NCBI GenBank assembly: GCA_963816145.1
Contig: CAWFJP010000014.1
Span: 32,001 to 96,000, forward strand
From: an uncultured delta proteobacterium
GTDB taxonomy: Bacteria > Desulfobacterota > Binatia > UBA9968
Direction of reading: 5' to 3'
DNA length: 64,000 bases
The translations under genes and the position numbers were made by a program. Within the stretch, counting starts at the first letter, position 1; each line of letters begins with the position of its first letter. The notes beneath the pieces were generated by a model. That model was not told where the DNA came from and did no database searches. It worked only from the letters and a program-made list of their open reading frames with translations. Below, in pieces: positions 11,082 to 21,556 of this stretch.

Positions 11082-11828
11082 GTGAATACTGGAAAAGTTT
11101 ATCTCGTCGGCGCCGGACCGGGTGATCCGGGGTTGATGACCATACGCGGTCTGCAATTGCTGCGCGATGCACGAGTCGTCGTCTATGACCAGCTGGTCAA
11201 TCCGGTGTTGCTCGAAGAGGTGTCAGTTGACGCTGAGCGAATTTTCGTCGGCAAGAAGGCAGGGCATCACTGCATCGCCCAGGGCGAGATCAACTCGGTT
11301 TTGGTCGAATATGCTGAGCGCGGCTTCGATGTCGTGCGGCTCAAGGGCGGCGATCCATTTGTCTTCGGCCGCGGCGGCGAGGAGGCGGAGGCGCTGGTCG
11401 ATGCCGGCATTACGTTTGAAATCGTTCCTGGCGTGAGTTCTGCGGTCGCGGTTCCGGCCTATGCGGGCATTCCGCTGACGCATCGAAACTACGCTTCGTC
11501 CTTTGCAGTAGTCACGGGACATGAGGCGATCAAAGCGAAATCTTCAGTCGATTGGGCCAAACTTGCCACCGCGGTCGACACGCTGGTGATTTTGATGGGC
11601 CTGCATAACTTGCCGGCGATCGTCGCCAAGCTGCTCGCCCATGGCCGTTCGGCCGAAACGCCAGTGGCGGTGATTCGCCAAGGCACCACCGAACGACAAC
11701 AAGCTGTGGTCGGCACTTTGACCGACATCGTCGAGAAAAGCGCAGCACTCAAAGCCCCGGCGCTGATCGTCGTCGGCAATGTGGTCAGATTGAAAAGCTC
11801 GCTCGATTGGTTCGCGAGCAATCGCTGA
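11082..11828 (+). CDS. cobA: Uroporphyrinogen-III C-methyltransferase
   Basis: GKVYLVGAGPGDPGLMT, VVRLKGGDPFVFGRGGEE, AGIPLTHR; GTG start at 11082. Confidence 0.93.
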   Translation: MNTGKVYLVGAGPGDPGLMTIRGLQLLRDARVVVYDQLVNPVLLEEVSVDAERIFVGKKAGHHCIAQGEINSVLVEYAERGFDVVRLKGGDPFVFGRGGEEAEALVDAGITFEIVPGVSSAVAVPAYAGIPLTHRNYASSFAVVTGHEAIKAKSSVDWAKLATAVDTLVILMGLHNLPAIVAKLLAHGRSAETPVAVIRQGTTERQQAVVGTLTDIVEKSAALKAPALIVVGNVVRLKSSLDWFASNR

Positions 11829-11890
11829 CGGTGCGGGTTTGTTTCTTCGAGACGAGACTTGTCGCTGAGATTCGTAAGTTGCATTAGTCG

Positions 11891-12779
11891 TTGATGCGGC
11901 GACGCCTCGCATCTGAGAGCGCTCGAGAGCGAGTCGATTCAATCTTGCGCGAAGTGCGGCCGAGTGCCGCAATCCGGCGCTGCTGTTTTCCAGGGGCAAG
12001 GATCCGCTGGTGCTGTTGCTTCTGCGGAAAGGCTTTGGCCGCTGTTTCGTATTCCGCTTTTGCACGTCGACACCGAGCATAATTTTCCCGAAGTCATCGA
12101 GTTCCGTGATCGCCGCGCGGCGAGTTGAGCGAGCGGTTGATCGTCCGCTCGGTGCAGACTCGATCGATCAGGGCGAGTGGTTTGCGATCGCGGACGAGAG
12201 CCGCAACGTGCATCAGTCGGTGACGCTGCTCGATGCCATTGAAGAGTTGCAGTTCGACGCCTGTATCGGCGGCGCGCGGCGCGATGAGGAAAAGGCGCGG
12301 GCGAAGGAGCGAATTTTTTCCTTTCGCGACGAGTTCGGCCAGTGGGACCCGAAGAATCAACGGCCGGAACTGTGGGATCTCTACAACACCCGGGTGCGTC
12401 CAGGTGAAAACATCCGGGTTTTTCCGATCAGCAACTGGACCGAGCTGGATGTCTGGCGCTACATCGCCAAGGAGCGGCTCGAGGTTCCGGAGATTTATTT
12501 CGCGCATGAGCGTGAAGTGATTCGCCGCGCCGGGCGGTCTGATGCCCGTGTCTCGAGTTGGTGCAGCCCAAGCCCGGTGAAAAAGTTGACACGGTTTCAG
12601 TGCGCTTCCGCACCGTGGGCGATATGACCTGCACCTGTCCGGTGGCGTCTGAAGCCGAAGACGTTTGCGGAAATCATCGCCGAGACCGCAGCGACGCGCA
12701 TCACCGAACGGCGCTAACCAGGGTGCATGATGATTCGGATGCTTCGATGGAGCTGCGGAAAAAGGAAGGGTACTTTTAA
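11891..12779 (+). CDS. cysD: Sulfate adenylyltransferase subunit 2 (multiply frameshifted)
   Basis: [49 protein letters not shown]-terminal RKKEGYF. Confidence 0.88.
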
Positions 12780-12863
12780 TCCTCGGAACGGTTCAAATTG
12801 CGTTTGAACAAGCAGGGTTCAAAAAGTTCAAATTCGTTGTTCCGGGGAAAAAGAAGACCGTTG

Positions 12864-14126
12864 ATGCAAACGAATTCAATACGGCGGAAGCGCTGCGCTT
12901 TATCACTTGCGGCAGCGTCGATGACGGCAAAAGCACGTTGATCGGCCGGCTGCTGCACGATTCCAAATCGATCTTCGAGGATCAACTGGCCGCGGTCGAA
13001 CGATCGACCCGGCGGCGCGGCGCGGCGGGGCGTCGATCTGTCGTTGCTGACCGACGGACTGCAAGCCGAGCGGGAGCAGGGCATTACCATCGATGTCGCT
13101 TACCGGTACTTCGCCACGCCGAAGCGCAAATTCATCATCGCCGACACGCCCGGCCATGAGCAGTACACGCGCAACATGGTGACCGGCGCTTCGACGGCCA
13201 ATCTGGCGGTGATTCTGATCGACGCGCGCAAAGGCGTGCTCACCCAGTCGCGCCGCCACGCTTATATCGCCAGCTTGCTGCGCATTCCGCATCTCGTGGT
13301 GGCGGTCAATAAGATGGATCTGATGCAGCACCGCCGCGCAGTGTTCGCCGATATCTGCGAGGCCTTCGGCGAATTCGCCGCCGATTTGAACTTTCGCGAC
13401 GTGATCTACATTCCGATCTCGGCGCTGAACGGCGATATGATCGTCGAGCGCGGCGATCACATGCCCTGGTACGACGGCCCGACGCTGATGGAGCTGCTTG
13501 GACAACATCGAGATCGATCACGACGTCAATCTGGCGGACTTCCGCTTTCCGGTGCAGTGGGTGTGCCGTCCGGGCAGCGCCGAGTATCATGACTTTCGCG
13601 GCTACATGGGGCGCATCGAGTCGGGGACTGTCAAAGCCGGCGATGTCGTCACGGTGCTGCCGTCGGGGCGCTCGTCCAGAGTGAAACAGATTCTGACTTT
13701 CGACGGCCCGCTGACCAGGCGTTTGCGCCGCAGTCGGTGACGCTCTTGTTGGAGGACGACATCGACGTATCGCGCGGCGATATGATCGTCAAAGACCTGG
13801 ATTCGGTGCATGTCGCCAGCGAATTCAGCGCGGATATCTGCTGGCTCAGCGATCAACCGCTCGATACCCGGCGCAAGTATTTGGTCAAGCACGCCACCAA
13901 GACGGTCAAAGTGTGGCTCTCGCGCATCGAGCATCGGGTCGATGTGAATACCTCGCAGCTGATCGGCGGGCTCAAGAGCTTGCAGATGAACGATATCGCC
14001 AGGGTCGGCATCAAAGGTCCGCAGCCGCTGGTGGTCGACAGCTACGCGCGCAACCGCGCCACGGGTTCGTTTATCTTGATCGACGAGGCGACCAACAACA
14101 CCGTTGCCGCGGGTATGATCGTATAA
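12864..14126 (+). CDS. cysN: Sulfate adenylyltransferase subunit 1, GTPase (multiply frameshifted)
   Basis: [68 protein letters not shown]. Confidence 0.9.
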
Positions 14127-14329
14127 GCGCGCGCCGAGGGAAGGGGTCAGCATGTCACAGGTTGGAAGCTATGCCAACATGGGCGACAATCTTGAACGGT
14201 TGGCGACCGAGGAACTCATGGACTGGGCGCAGGGGATGGATTATTTTGGCGACCAACCGTTTGTCTGGGATGGCCATCACGGGTTAGATTCGCAGTCAAC
14301 GATAAAGTTAAACTCGAGTCAAAATGCCG

Positions 14330-14959
14330 ATGAGCTACTATCCAATCTACCTGAAAATGGAGGGTCGGCGCTGCCTAGTGATCGGCGGCGGTGTCGTGGC
14401 GGAGCGCAAGATCGCCAGTCTGCTTGAAGTGGGAGCGAATCCCACTGTCGTCAGTCCGGCAATTACCGATACCATCGCGCATTGGGCGAAAGATCATTTG
14501 ATCGCGTTAATCGCCCGCCGCTATCAGGCCAGCGATTTGACCGAGCATGAGATCGCCTTCGTCGCTACCGACGACGGCGCAGTGAGCGCGCAGGTGTTCA
14601 GCGACGGCCGGCGTCTCGGCGTGTGGGTGAATGCGGCGGACGATCCGGCGCATTGTGACTTTATCTTGCCGTCGGTCTTGCGCCGCGGCGATCTTACGGT
14701 CGCGGTGTCGAGCGGAGGCACCAGCCCTGCGCTGTCGCGCACCATCCGTGAAGAACTCGAACTCTACTTTACCGAAGAATACGAATTGCTGGTAAAACTG
14801 GCCGCGGAAGCGCGCGCCGAGTTGCATGCGCGCGGGCTGAGCGTGCCCTTTGAAACCTGGCGGCGCGCTCTGAGTGGGGATGTGCGCCAGCTCTTGATGC
14901 GCGGTGATGTTGCGCGCGCCAAGGCGTTGTTGCTACGCGAGTTAGGTGTGGAGGCATAA
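14330..14959 (+). CDS. Precorrin-2 dehydrogenase/sirohydrochlorin ferrochelatase (CysG N-terminal-like)
   Basis: YYPIYL, LVIGGGVVAERKI, VNAADDPAHCDFILP, AVSSGGTSP. Confidence 0.9.
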   Translation: MSYYPIYLKMEGRRCLVIGGGVVAERKIASLLEVGANPTVVSPAITDTIAHWAKDHLIALIARRYQASDLTEHEIAFVATDDGAVSAQVFSDGRRLGVWVNAADDPAHCDFILPSVLRRGDLTVAVSSGGTSPALSRTIREELELYFTEEYELLVKLAAEARAELHARGLSVPFETWRRALSGDVRQLLMRGDVARAKALLLRELGVEA

Positions 14960-14967
14960 GCCCGATT

Positions 14968-15170
14968 AATGTCCCTTTCGGGGATGGTTGAAATCCCTCG
15001 CCTTCAGGCGAAGAGAGGATTTGTCATGCCGGCGAACGCCGGCATCCATCTTCGGTTTCGTTGGCAGGCTAAAGAAGGCCTGGATTCCGGCCTACGCCGG
15101 AATGACGAAAGGAAGAGTCGACTTCTAGTCGACGAATTCAGAACCCCTCGGCTTGGAGCCGAGGGTCATT
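14968..15170. mobile_element. Non-autonomous element with IS200/IS605-like terminal hairpins and an internal GTCAT REP
   Basis: AATGTCCCT / AGGGTCATT ends; hairpins TCGCCTTCAGGCGA and CCCTCGGCTTGGAGCCGAGGG; inner GTCATGCCGGCGAACGCCGGCATCCA...TGGATTCCGGCCTACGCCGGAATGAC. Confidence 0.55.
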
Positions 15171-15181
15171 CAGTTTTTTCT

Positions 15182-16030
15182 ATGGAACCGCATACCCGTA
15201 AAAGCCTGCAAGGGCTGAGAATCGTCTGTTTCGAGAGCCGGCGCGCCAAGGAGATGGCTGAGCTCATTCGCCGCTACGACGGCGAGCCGATCGTGGCGCC
15301 GTCCATACGCGAGGTTCCGCTCAGCGAAAACCGTGCTGCCCTCGATCTTCTGCCGCAGATCGAAGCGGGAAGTTTCGACATTCTGATTCTCATGACCGGA
15401 GTCGGCACCAAAGCGCTCAATGAGATTTTACTCACCCAGTTTGCCCAAGAGAGAATTGTCGCCGCGTTGAAAAGATTGCAACTGGTCGCGCGCGGCCCCA
15501 AGCCGATCGGCGCATTGAAGGAATTGGGATTGCAAGTAGCGCTGACCGTGCCCGAGCCGAATACCTGGCGCGAAATTCTCTCAACGTTGGACGCGGCGCT
15601 GGACGTGCACGGCAAGCGGATCGTGATTCAAGAATACGGCATCGCCAATCCCGAGCTTATCGCCGCGTTGGAACAGCGCGGCGCGCTGGTAAAGTCGGTC
15701 TCAATTTATCGCTGGGCTTTGCCCGAAGATCTGGCACCGTTGCGCGGCGCGATCGAAAGGATACTCGGCGGCGAAGCCGAGGTTGCGCTGTTTACCAACG
15801 GCGCGCAGGTGGATCATCTGTTGCAAGTCGCCGGGCGCGATCATCGGGCCGACGCCTTGCGGCAAAGTCTCAAGAAAATCGCCGTCGGTTCCGTCGGTCC
15901 GGTATGCACCGAGGTTTTGGGCCAGTTCGGTATCGTGCCCGACATCGAGCCCCCGCATCCAAAGATGGGTGCCTTGATCGCCGAGGTTGCGGCGCGGGCG
16001 CGCGAAGTCCTGACAAAAAAATCCTCCTAG
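15182..16030 (+). CDS. hemD: Uroporphyrinogen-III synthase
   Basis: FESRRAKEMAELIRRY, LMTGVG, ARGPKP, IQEYG, YRWALP, SVGPVC, PHPKMG. Confidence 0.85.
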   Translation: MEPHTRKSLQGLRIVCFESRRAKEMAELIRRYDGEPIVAPSIREVPLSENRAALDLLPQIEAGSFDILILMTGVGTKALNEILLTQFAQERIVAALKRLQLVARGPKPIGALKELGLQVALTVPEPNTWREILSTLDAALDVHGKRIVIQEYGIANPELIAALEQRGALVKSVSIYRWALPEDLAPLRGAIERILGGEAEVALFTNGAQVDHLLQVAGRDHRADALRQSLKKIAVGSVGPVCTEVLGQFGIVPDIEPPHPKMGALIAEVAARAREVLTKKSS

Positions 16031-16192
16031 ATTTTCTTTTTCAATCTCTGGTGGTCGATTTCCGGCAGCTTGCTGCGTTGTATTAACTGACCCTCGCCTG
16101 CTCGCGGGCAAGTGTGCAACTTTGCCTTGACTGCCGATAGGTTTGCCATTATGTCTCAGACTGTTTGTCCGAGCGGTGCGTTGATGCGTTGA

Positions 16193-17197
16193 ATGGAACG
16201 ATTCATGACTCGCATACTTCTCGCGATCCTGTTTTGTTTGCCGGCTTTCCTGTCGCCGCAACTTCAGGCTGCCCAAGCCAAGAAGCTGCGCCTCGCCTTC
16301 AGTGCCTTTGCCTACGCCAATCCGCCGTTCTGGATCGCCCATGAACTGAAACTGTTCGAAAAATATGGCGGCTATGAGACGGAGCTCGTTTACGTCGGCG
16401 GGTCGCGGCCGATTCAGGCGATGCTCGGCGGCTCCATCGACGCGGCTCAAGTCGGCGGCGCGGCGGCGGTGGCGGCTGCGGCGCAAGGGGCGGAGATCTC
16501 CATTCTCGGCACGGTATTCACCCGGCTTACCTTTGCGATTCACGCCAATCCACAGATTCAACAGATCACCGATCTCAAAGGCAAGATCATTGCCGCCGGT
16601 GCGGTCGGCGGTAATAGTTATTTCGCTGCTTTGGTATTTCTCAAGCACTTCGGCTGGGTGGCCAACCGCGATGTCGGAGTAACCCCGGCGGGCGGTTCGC
16701 CGGAAGTTTTGGCTGGGATTCTCCAAGGTAAATTTCAAGCCGGCGTTTTGACGCCGCCGACATCGACCATGGCGGCCAAGCAGGGTTACCGCGAGATCTT
16801 CGATCTCGCCAGTCTCGACTTTCCGTTTCCGGTGATCTCTGTGGTCAGCACGCGGCACTTCATCGAAGCCAACCCCGAAGTGATTCTCAATATTCTGCGC
16901 GCGACCGCCGAAGCGATCTATCTGTATAAGACGCGGCCGGAGATCACCGTGCCGGTGGTGGCCAAGTATATGCGCATCGCCAAGGACGATCCGGCGTTGG
17001 TCGAAGCGCAGCGCACGGTCGGTCAGCTGTTGAACCAAAACCTGCCGCCATCCCTCGAAGGGATACGCTTCGTGCTCGACTACTATGCCGAGCGCCAGCC
17101 CAACTTGAAAAACAAAAATCCCGCCGACTTCGTCGATATGCGGTTCGTTCGCAAGCTCGAAGAAGAGGGGTTCTTCAAAAAATTTACCACCAAATAG
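16193..17197 (+). CDS. ABC substrate-binding protein, NMT1/SsuA-like
   Basis: Signal peptide; LFEKYG, DLKGK, FVDMRFVRKLEEEGFF. Confidence 0.85.
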   Translation: MERFMTRILLAILFCLPAFLSPQLQAAQAKKLRLAFSAFAYANPPFWIAHELKLFEKYGGYETELVYVGGSRPIQAMLGGSIDAAQVGGAAAVAAAAQGAEISILGTVFTRLTFAIHANPQIQQITDLKGKIIAAGAVGGNSYFAALVFLKHFGWVANRDVGVTPAGGSPEVLAGILQGKFQAGVLTPPTSTMAAKQGYREIFDLASLDFPFPVISVVSTRHFIEANPEVILNILRATAEAIYLYKTRPEITVPVVAKYMRIAKDDPALVEAQRTVGQLLNQNLPPSLEGIRFVLDYYAERQPNLKNKNPADFVDMRFVRKLEEEGFFKKFTTK

Positions 17198-17209
17198 AAA
17201 GAACAAAAT

Positions 17210-18868
17210 ATGCGGGCTGCCGATGCTCTCGTCGATATTCTTAAAACCGAAGGCGTTAAGTTCGTTTCAACTTTGCCGGGGGACGACATCTTGCCGATCT
17301 TCGACGCGCTCCATGAAAACGGCGAGGTGCCGCTGATCCTGACACGCCATGAACAGGCGACGGTCTATATCGCCGACGGCTACGCGCGCAGCACGGGCGA
17401 AGTCGGCGTGGCGATGGTGACCAAGGGGCCGGGGCGCTGCAACGCCTTTACCGCCATCGTCAATGCCTTTACCGACTGTGTGCCGCTGGTGGTGATATTC
17501 GGCCATAGTTCGCGTAACCAGCTGGCCAAAGGCATGCTGCAGGAAGTGCCTTACCTCGACACTTTTCAAACCATGGCGAAGTGGACCTTCAGCGTGCCGT
17601 CAGCGGAGCGAATCCCCGAAGTGTTTCGCCGTGCGTTTACATTGGCGCGTTCGGGGAGACCGGGGCCGGTGATCATCGAGGTGCCGCAGGATATCAGCAT
17701 GGCGCAGGTGGAGATGCCGCCCTATCACAAGACCCGGCGCGTGCGCTTCGGTCCCGATCCCGATGATGTCGAAAAATTGATTGAATTATTGCAGGGCGCC
17801 AAGCGGCCGCTGGTTTACGCCGGGCGCGGCGCGCTGTGGTCGCGGGCGACCGAGGATTTGGTTAAGGTTGCCGAAACCTATGCGATTCCCGTGATGGCGA
17901 CGCTACCGGCGAAGGGAGCGATGCCAGAAGATCATCCGCTCTGTCTCGGTCTCGGCGGTTATCCGCGCGCTGTGTACAGCACGGGGCAGTCGCGCAAGTT
18001 CGCCGAAGCGGCGGATTTGGTGATCGCGCTCGGTTGCAGTTTCCGCCAGCATGCGACTTCAAGCTGGCTGCCGAAGCCGGCAGATGCCAAGTTGGTTCAA
18101 GTCGATATCGATGCGGCCGAGCTGCACAAGAACTATCCGGCCGATCTGGCGATACTGTCGGATATTCAACTTTTTTTGCGCGCGTTGCTGTTACAGGGCA
18201 GGGATAAACTCGCCAGCTATCGCAACGGTATAGCGACAGACGTCGCGGCGGAGATCAAAGAACTCAAGGCCAAGTGGCTGGAGTCGTGGAACACGCGGCT
18301 GACTTCCGATGAAGTGCCGATGAATCCTTACCGCGCTTGCTGGGATCTGACCCACCAGCTCGATGCCAAGAAGACCATTCTCTTACACGACGCCGGTGTG
18401 ACGCGTGCGTATGTGTCGCATCATTACGAGGCATTGAATCCGCTGGGTTTCATCGGCTTTGGTGGTACCAGCGCCATGGGCTGGTCGACCCCGGCGGCGC
18501 TGGGCGCTAAGCTCGGCAATCCCGACAAGACCGTGGTGAATTTCACCGGCGACGGTTCCTTCGGCATGACCGGCATGGAGATCGAGACTGCGGCGCGCAA
18601 CGACATCCGCACTTTAACGGTGATCCTCAACAATGAAAGTCTCGGCGCCAGCCGCGAGACTTTGCACGAGCGCTTCAAAGGCCATGAGATCGGCATCTCG
18701 CTGCGCGGTGACTACGCCGGCGTGGCGCGGGCGCTGGGCGCATTCGGCGAGCGCATCTCCAAGCCGCAGGAATTGCAGCCGGCGCTGCAGCGTGCCTTGG
18801 CCCATCCCGGTCCCGCGGTACTGGAAATCGCCGTGAAGCCGTTGGAGCCGCGGCCATGGCGGACTTAA
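17210..18868 (+). CDS. Thiamine pyrophosphate-dependent enzyme (acetolactate synthase-like)
   Basis: TRHEQ, ADGYAR, KGPG, GRPGPV, GDGSFGM...NN TPP motif. Confidence 0.92.
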   Translation: MRAADALVDILKTEGVKFVSTLPGDDILPIFDALHENGEVPLILTRHEQATVYIADGYARSTGEVGVAMVTKGPGRCNAFTAIVNAFTDCVPLVVIFGHSSRNQLAKGMLQEVPYLDTFQTMAKWTFSVPSAERIPEVFRRAFTLARSGRPGPVIIEVPQDISMAQVEMPPYHKTRRVRFGPDPDDVEKLIELLQGAKRPLVYAGRGALWSRATEDLVKVAETYAIPVMATLPAKGAMPEDHPLCLGLGGYPRAVYSTGQSRKFAEAADLVIALGCSFRQHATSSWLPKPADAKLVQVDIDAAELHKNYPADLAILSDIQLFLRALLLQGRDKLASYRNGIATDVAAEIKELKAKWLESWNTRLTSDEVPMNPYRACWDLTHQLDAKKTILLHDAGVTRAYVSHHYEALNPLGFIGFGGTSAMGWSTPAALGAKLGNPDKTVVNFTGDGSFGMTGMEIETAARNDIRTLTVILNNESLGASRETLHERFKGHEIGISLRGDYAGVARALGAFGERISKPQELQPALQRALAHPGPAVLEIAVKPLEPRPWRT

Positions 18869-18869
18869 A

Positions 18870-18901
18870 AATTGATAATGGAGAATTGATAATTGAGAAT
18901 T
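18870..18901. repeat. Heptamer tandem repeat
   Basis: AATTGAT AATGGAG AATTGAT AATTGAG AATT. Confidence 0.65.
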
Positions 18902-18926
18902 TCGGAGAAGACTCGGAGAATGCCTC

Positions 18927-20168
18927 ATGCTTTATAATAAAGAACGGTTGCTTGCCTTGATGGACAAACATGATCTGGCCGGTGTGGTGGCGGCGACGCC
19001 GGAGAACATTTACTATCTGAGCGGCCATGCGTCGTGGAGCCAGAATGGTTATCGCTACGGCGGCTCGCAGGTTTATGTGGTTTACCCTCGCGATCCGGCG
19101 CAGAAGCCGGCGCTGCTGATCCCTGGCGGCGATGTCGGTTATGCGTCACTCGATGACGTGTGGATCGAAGAGAAGTATATTTATGGCCGGCCGCGTAACC
19201 CGCATATCACCGACATGAAGAAGCTTTCCGCCGTCGAGCAGCGGACGGTGAAGCTCGCCGGCAGCGACTCCAAAGGCCTGACGCCTGAGAAGGCACTGGC
19301 ACAAATGATTCAGGACAAGGGCATGGGCAGAGGGCGCATCGGCTTGGACCATTTTGCGATTCCGATCACGCAGTATGAAAAGATTCGCGCCAGCTTGCCG
19401 CAAGCGACGCTGCTGCCGGCGTCGATGTTTTTTCGCTATGTGCGCATGATCAAGACGGCGGAAGAAATTCACCGGCTAAGAGAGGCCGCCGAGGTCAACG
19501 AAGAGGCGATCAACACCATGCTGCGGGCTTGCCGGCCGCGAGTGACCGAGAACGAACTGGCGAGTATCTACAAGGGCGAGATCGCCAAGGCCGGCGGACA
19601 AGTTTACTGGATGCATATGGCGGTCACCCGCGGTGGCAACTTTCCGGCGATCAAAGACAACGTGCTGCAGAAGGGCGACATCTTTCGAGTTGACATGGGC
19701 TGCTCGATCAACGGCTATCACGCCGACGTGTGCAAGTCCGGCTGCGTCGGCGCCGAACCGACGGCGGAGCACCGTAAACGCTACGACGCGATCCAAGCCG
19801 GCGTGTTGAAGTCCGTCGAAACGTTGAAGCCTGGCGTGCGCCCGCAAGAGCTTTATGAAACCATGATCGCCGGGGTGCGTGCCAACGGCCTGCCGAATTA
19901 TTCCAACTTCTTCCTCGGCCACACCATCGGTTTGGAAGCGCGCGAGTTTCCGTTCCTCCTCGGCCCCGCCGAAGATGTCGACGATCCATTTTTGCCGAAC
20001 ACGACAAATATACCGGTGGAACCCGGAATGACCATGAATCTCGAAGCGTCGAACCACGAAGCCGGTTGGGGCACAGTACAAGTCGAATATACCTGCGCCG
20101 TGACTGAAACCGGGTATGAGCATCTGATTTTTCCGGATCAGCGCCTGATGACGTTGCCGTTAGCGTAA
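18927..20168 (+). CDS. M24 (Xaa-Pro peptidase/creatinase-like) family protein
   Basis: PENIYYLSG, RMIKTAEEI, DMG...YHADV, GHTIGLE, NLE...VE metal ligands. Confidence 0.88.
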   Translation: MLYNKERLLALMDKHDLAGVVAATPENIYYLSGHASWSQNGYRYGGSQVYVVYPRDPAQKPALLIPGGDVGYASLDDVWIEEKYIYGRPRNPHITDMKKLSAVEQRTVKLAGSDSKGLTPEKALAQMIQDKGMGRGRIGLDHFAIPITQYEKIRASLPQATLLPASMFFRYVRMIKTAEEIHRLREAAEVNEEAINTMLRACRPRVTENELASIYKGEIAKAGGQVYWMHMAVTRGGNFPAIKDNVLQKGDIFRVDMGCSINGYHADVCKSGCVGAEPTAEHRKRYDAIQAGVLKSVETLKPGVRPQELYETMIAGVRANGLPNYSNFFLGHTIGLEAREFPFLLGPAEDVDDPFLPNTTNIPVEPGMTMNLEASNHEAGWGTVQVEYTCAVTETGYEHLIFPDQRLMTLPLA

Positions 20169-20338
20169 GATTGGACCCAAGTTTGGACGTGTCGGTGGGC
20201 AGCGGAGTCGAATCGGGCGCTTCTGCAACCGCTTGAGCAATCCTGCAGGCTTTCTATGTGGTCAACGCGCTTGCGCCCAGGTTGTACCGCGTTGTTGGCA
20301 CAATCATCGACCCTAGTATTGTGAGAGGATTACTTTGA

Positions 20339-20500
20339 TGGCTGTCTACGCTGCCATTGGCGGAAAGCGATATCGCGGCAGGGCTGGGTAAGAAGGGGCG
20401 CTTCGTCGCCTTCTCCGCCCTGCCGCATATGGCGATCGTCGATGCCCGGCGCGACTATTGGATGAAGGAAGTCGATCAATTCCTGCAACCCTTACAGTAA
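20339..20500 (+). pseudogene. C-terminal gene remnant, possibly alpha/beta hydrolase
   Basis: ...GRFVAFSALPHMAIVDARRDYWMKEVDQFLQPLQ*, preceded by in-frame TGA at 20336. Confidence 0.35.
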
Positions 20501-20559
20501 CCGGCAAGCCGCCGCGCGCCTCGCTTGCCCTCGGCGCTGATGCTAAGATATTTGGAGAA

Positions 20560-21306
20560 ATGAAAAAGGTCATACTTGTTACCGGCGCCGGCCGAGGTAT
20601 CGGCGCGGCGACGGCGCGTCTGGCGGCGCAGCAGGGCTACGCCGTGTGCGTGAACTATTTGCGCGACGGTAAAGCGGCGAACCGCGTCGTCGATGAAATC
20701 TTGCAAGCCGGCGGCTCGGCCATCGCCGTCGCCGCTGACGTGAGCGCGGAGGCCGACGTCGTACGCTTGTTCAAAACCGTCGACGCGTCACTGGGTTCGG
20801 TAACGGCATTGGTAAACAACGCGGCCATCAATGCCAAGCAGATGCGCGTCGAAACAATGGATGCGGCAAGGCTGGCGCGGGTCTTTGCCGTCAATGTCGC
20901 AGGCAGTTTTCTCTGCGCTCGCGAGGCGGTGCGGCGGATGTCGACCAGGCATGGCGGCAGCGGCGGCACCATCGTCAATATTTCTTCGGTAGCGTCCCGT
21001 CTCGGTTCCCCGGAGGAATATGTCGATTATGCCGCTACGAAGGCGGCCATTGACACTTTCACCATCGGTTTGGCGAAAGAAGTGGCGACGGAAGGTATTC
21101 GCGTCAACGCCGTTCGTCCCGGGGTCGTTTACACCGAGATTCATGCCGCCGCCGGCGAGCCTAATCGCGTCGACCGGGTAAAGGCCTTTGTGCCGATGCA
21201 GCGTGGCGGCCATCCCGAGGAAATCGCGCGGGCGATTATGTGGCTCGTGTCGGATGAAGCTTCCTACTGTACGGGTGCGATACTCGATGTCTCCGGCGGA
21301 CGTTAG
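20560..21306 (+). CDS. Classical SDR oxidoreductase (YgfF-like)
   Basis: TGAGRGIG, VNNAA, YAATK, VSGGR terminus. Confidence 0.92.
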   Translation: MKKVILVTGAGRGIGAATARLAAQQGYAVCVNYLRDGKAANRVVDEILQAGGSAIAVAADVSAEADVVRLFKTVDASLGSVTALVNNAAINAKQMRVETMDAARLARVFAVNVAGSFLCAREAVRRMSTRHGGSGGTIVNISSVASRLGSPEEYVDYAATKAAIDTFTIGLAKEVATEGIRVNAVRPGVVYTEIHAAAGEPNRVDRVKAFVPMQRGGHPEEIARAIMWLVSDEASYCTGAILDVSGGR

Positions 21307-21556
21307 TTTTGCGCATTTGCAGGTCGGATTGGCCGGGTGAAACCCGACGGCTGGAAAGACTTGGGTTTCACGTTCCCGCCTATCACCGGGGGGAGCGAGC
21401 TTTTCTCAACGACTTGTTGTTGGGGCTCGGTAAATCGCTCCGTGAAAACAATGTGGCGATCCGCGGCTTGTGACGGAGAAGCCGGCTGCCCGAGGTAATT
21501 TGGTTGAGCGGCGCGGCAATGCGATGCAGCATGCGCCCAGCCGCGCACAGCGACAT

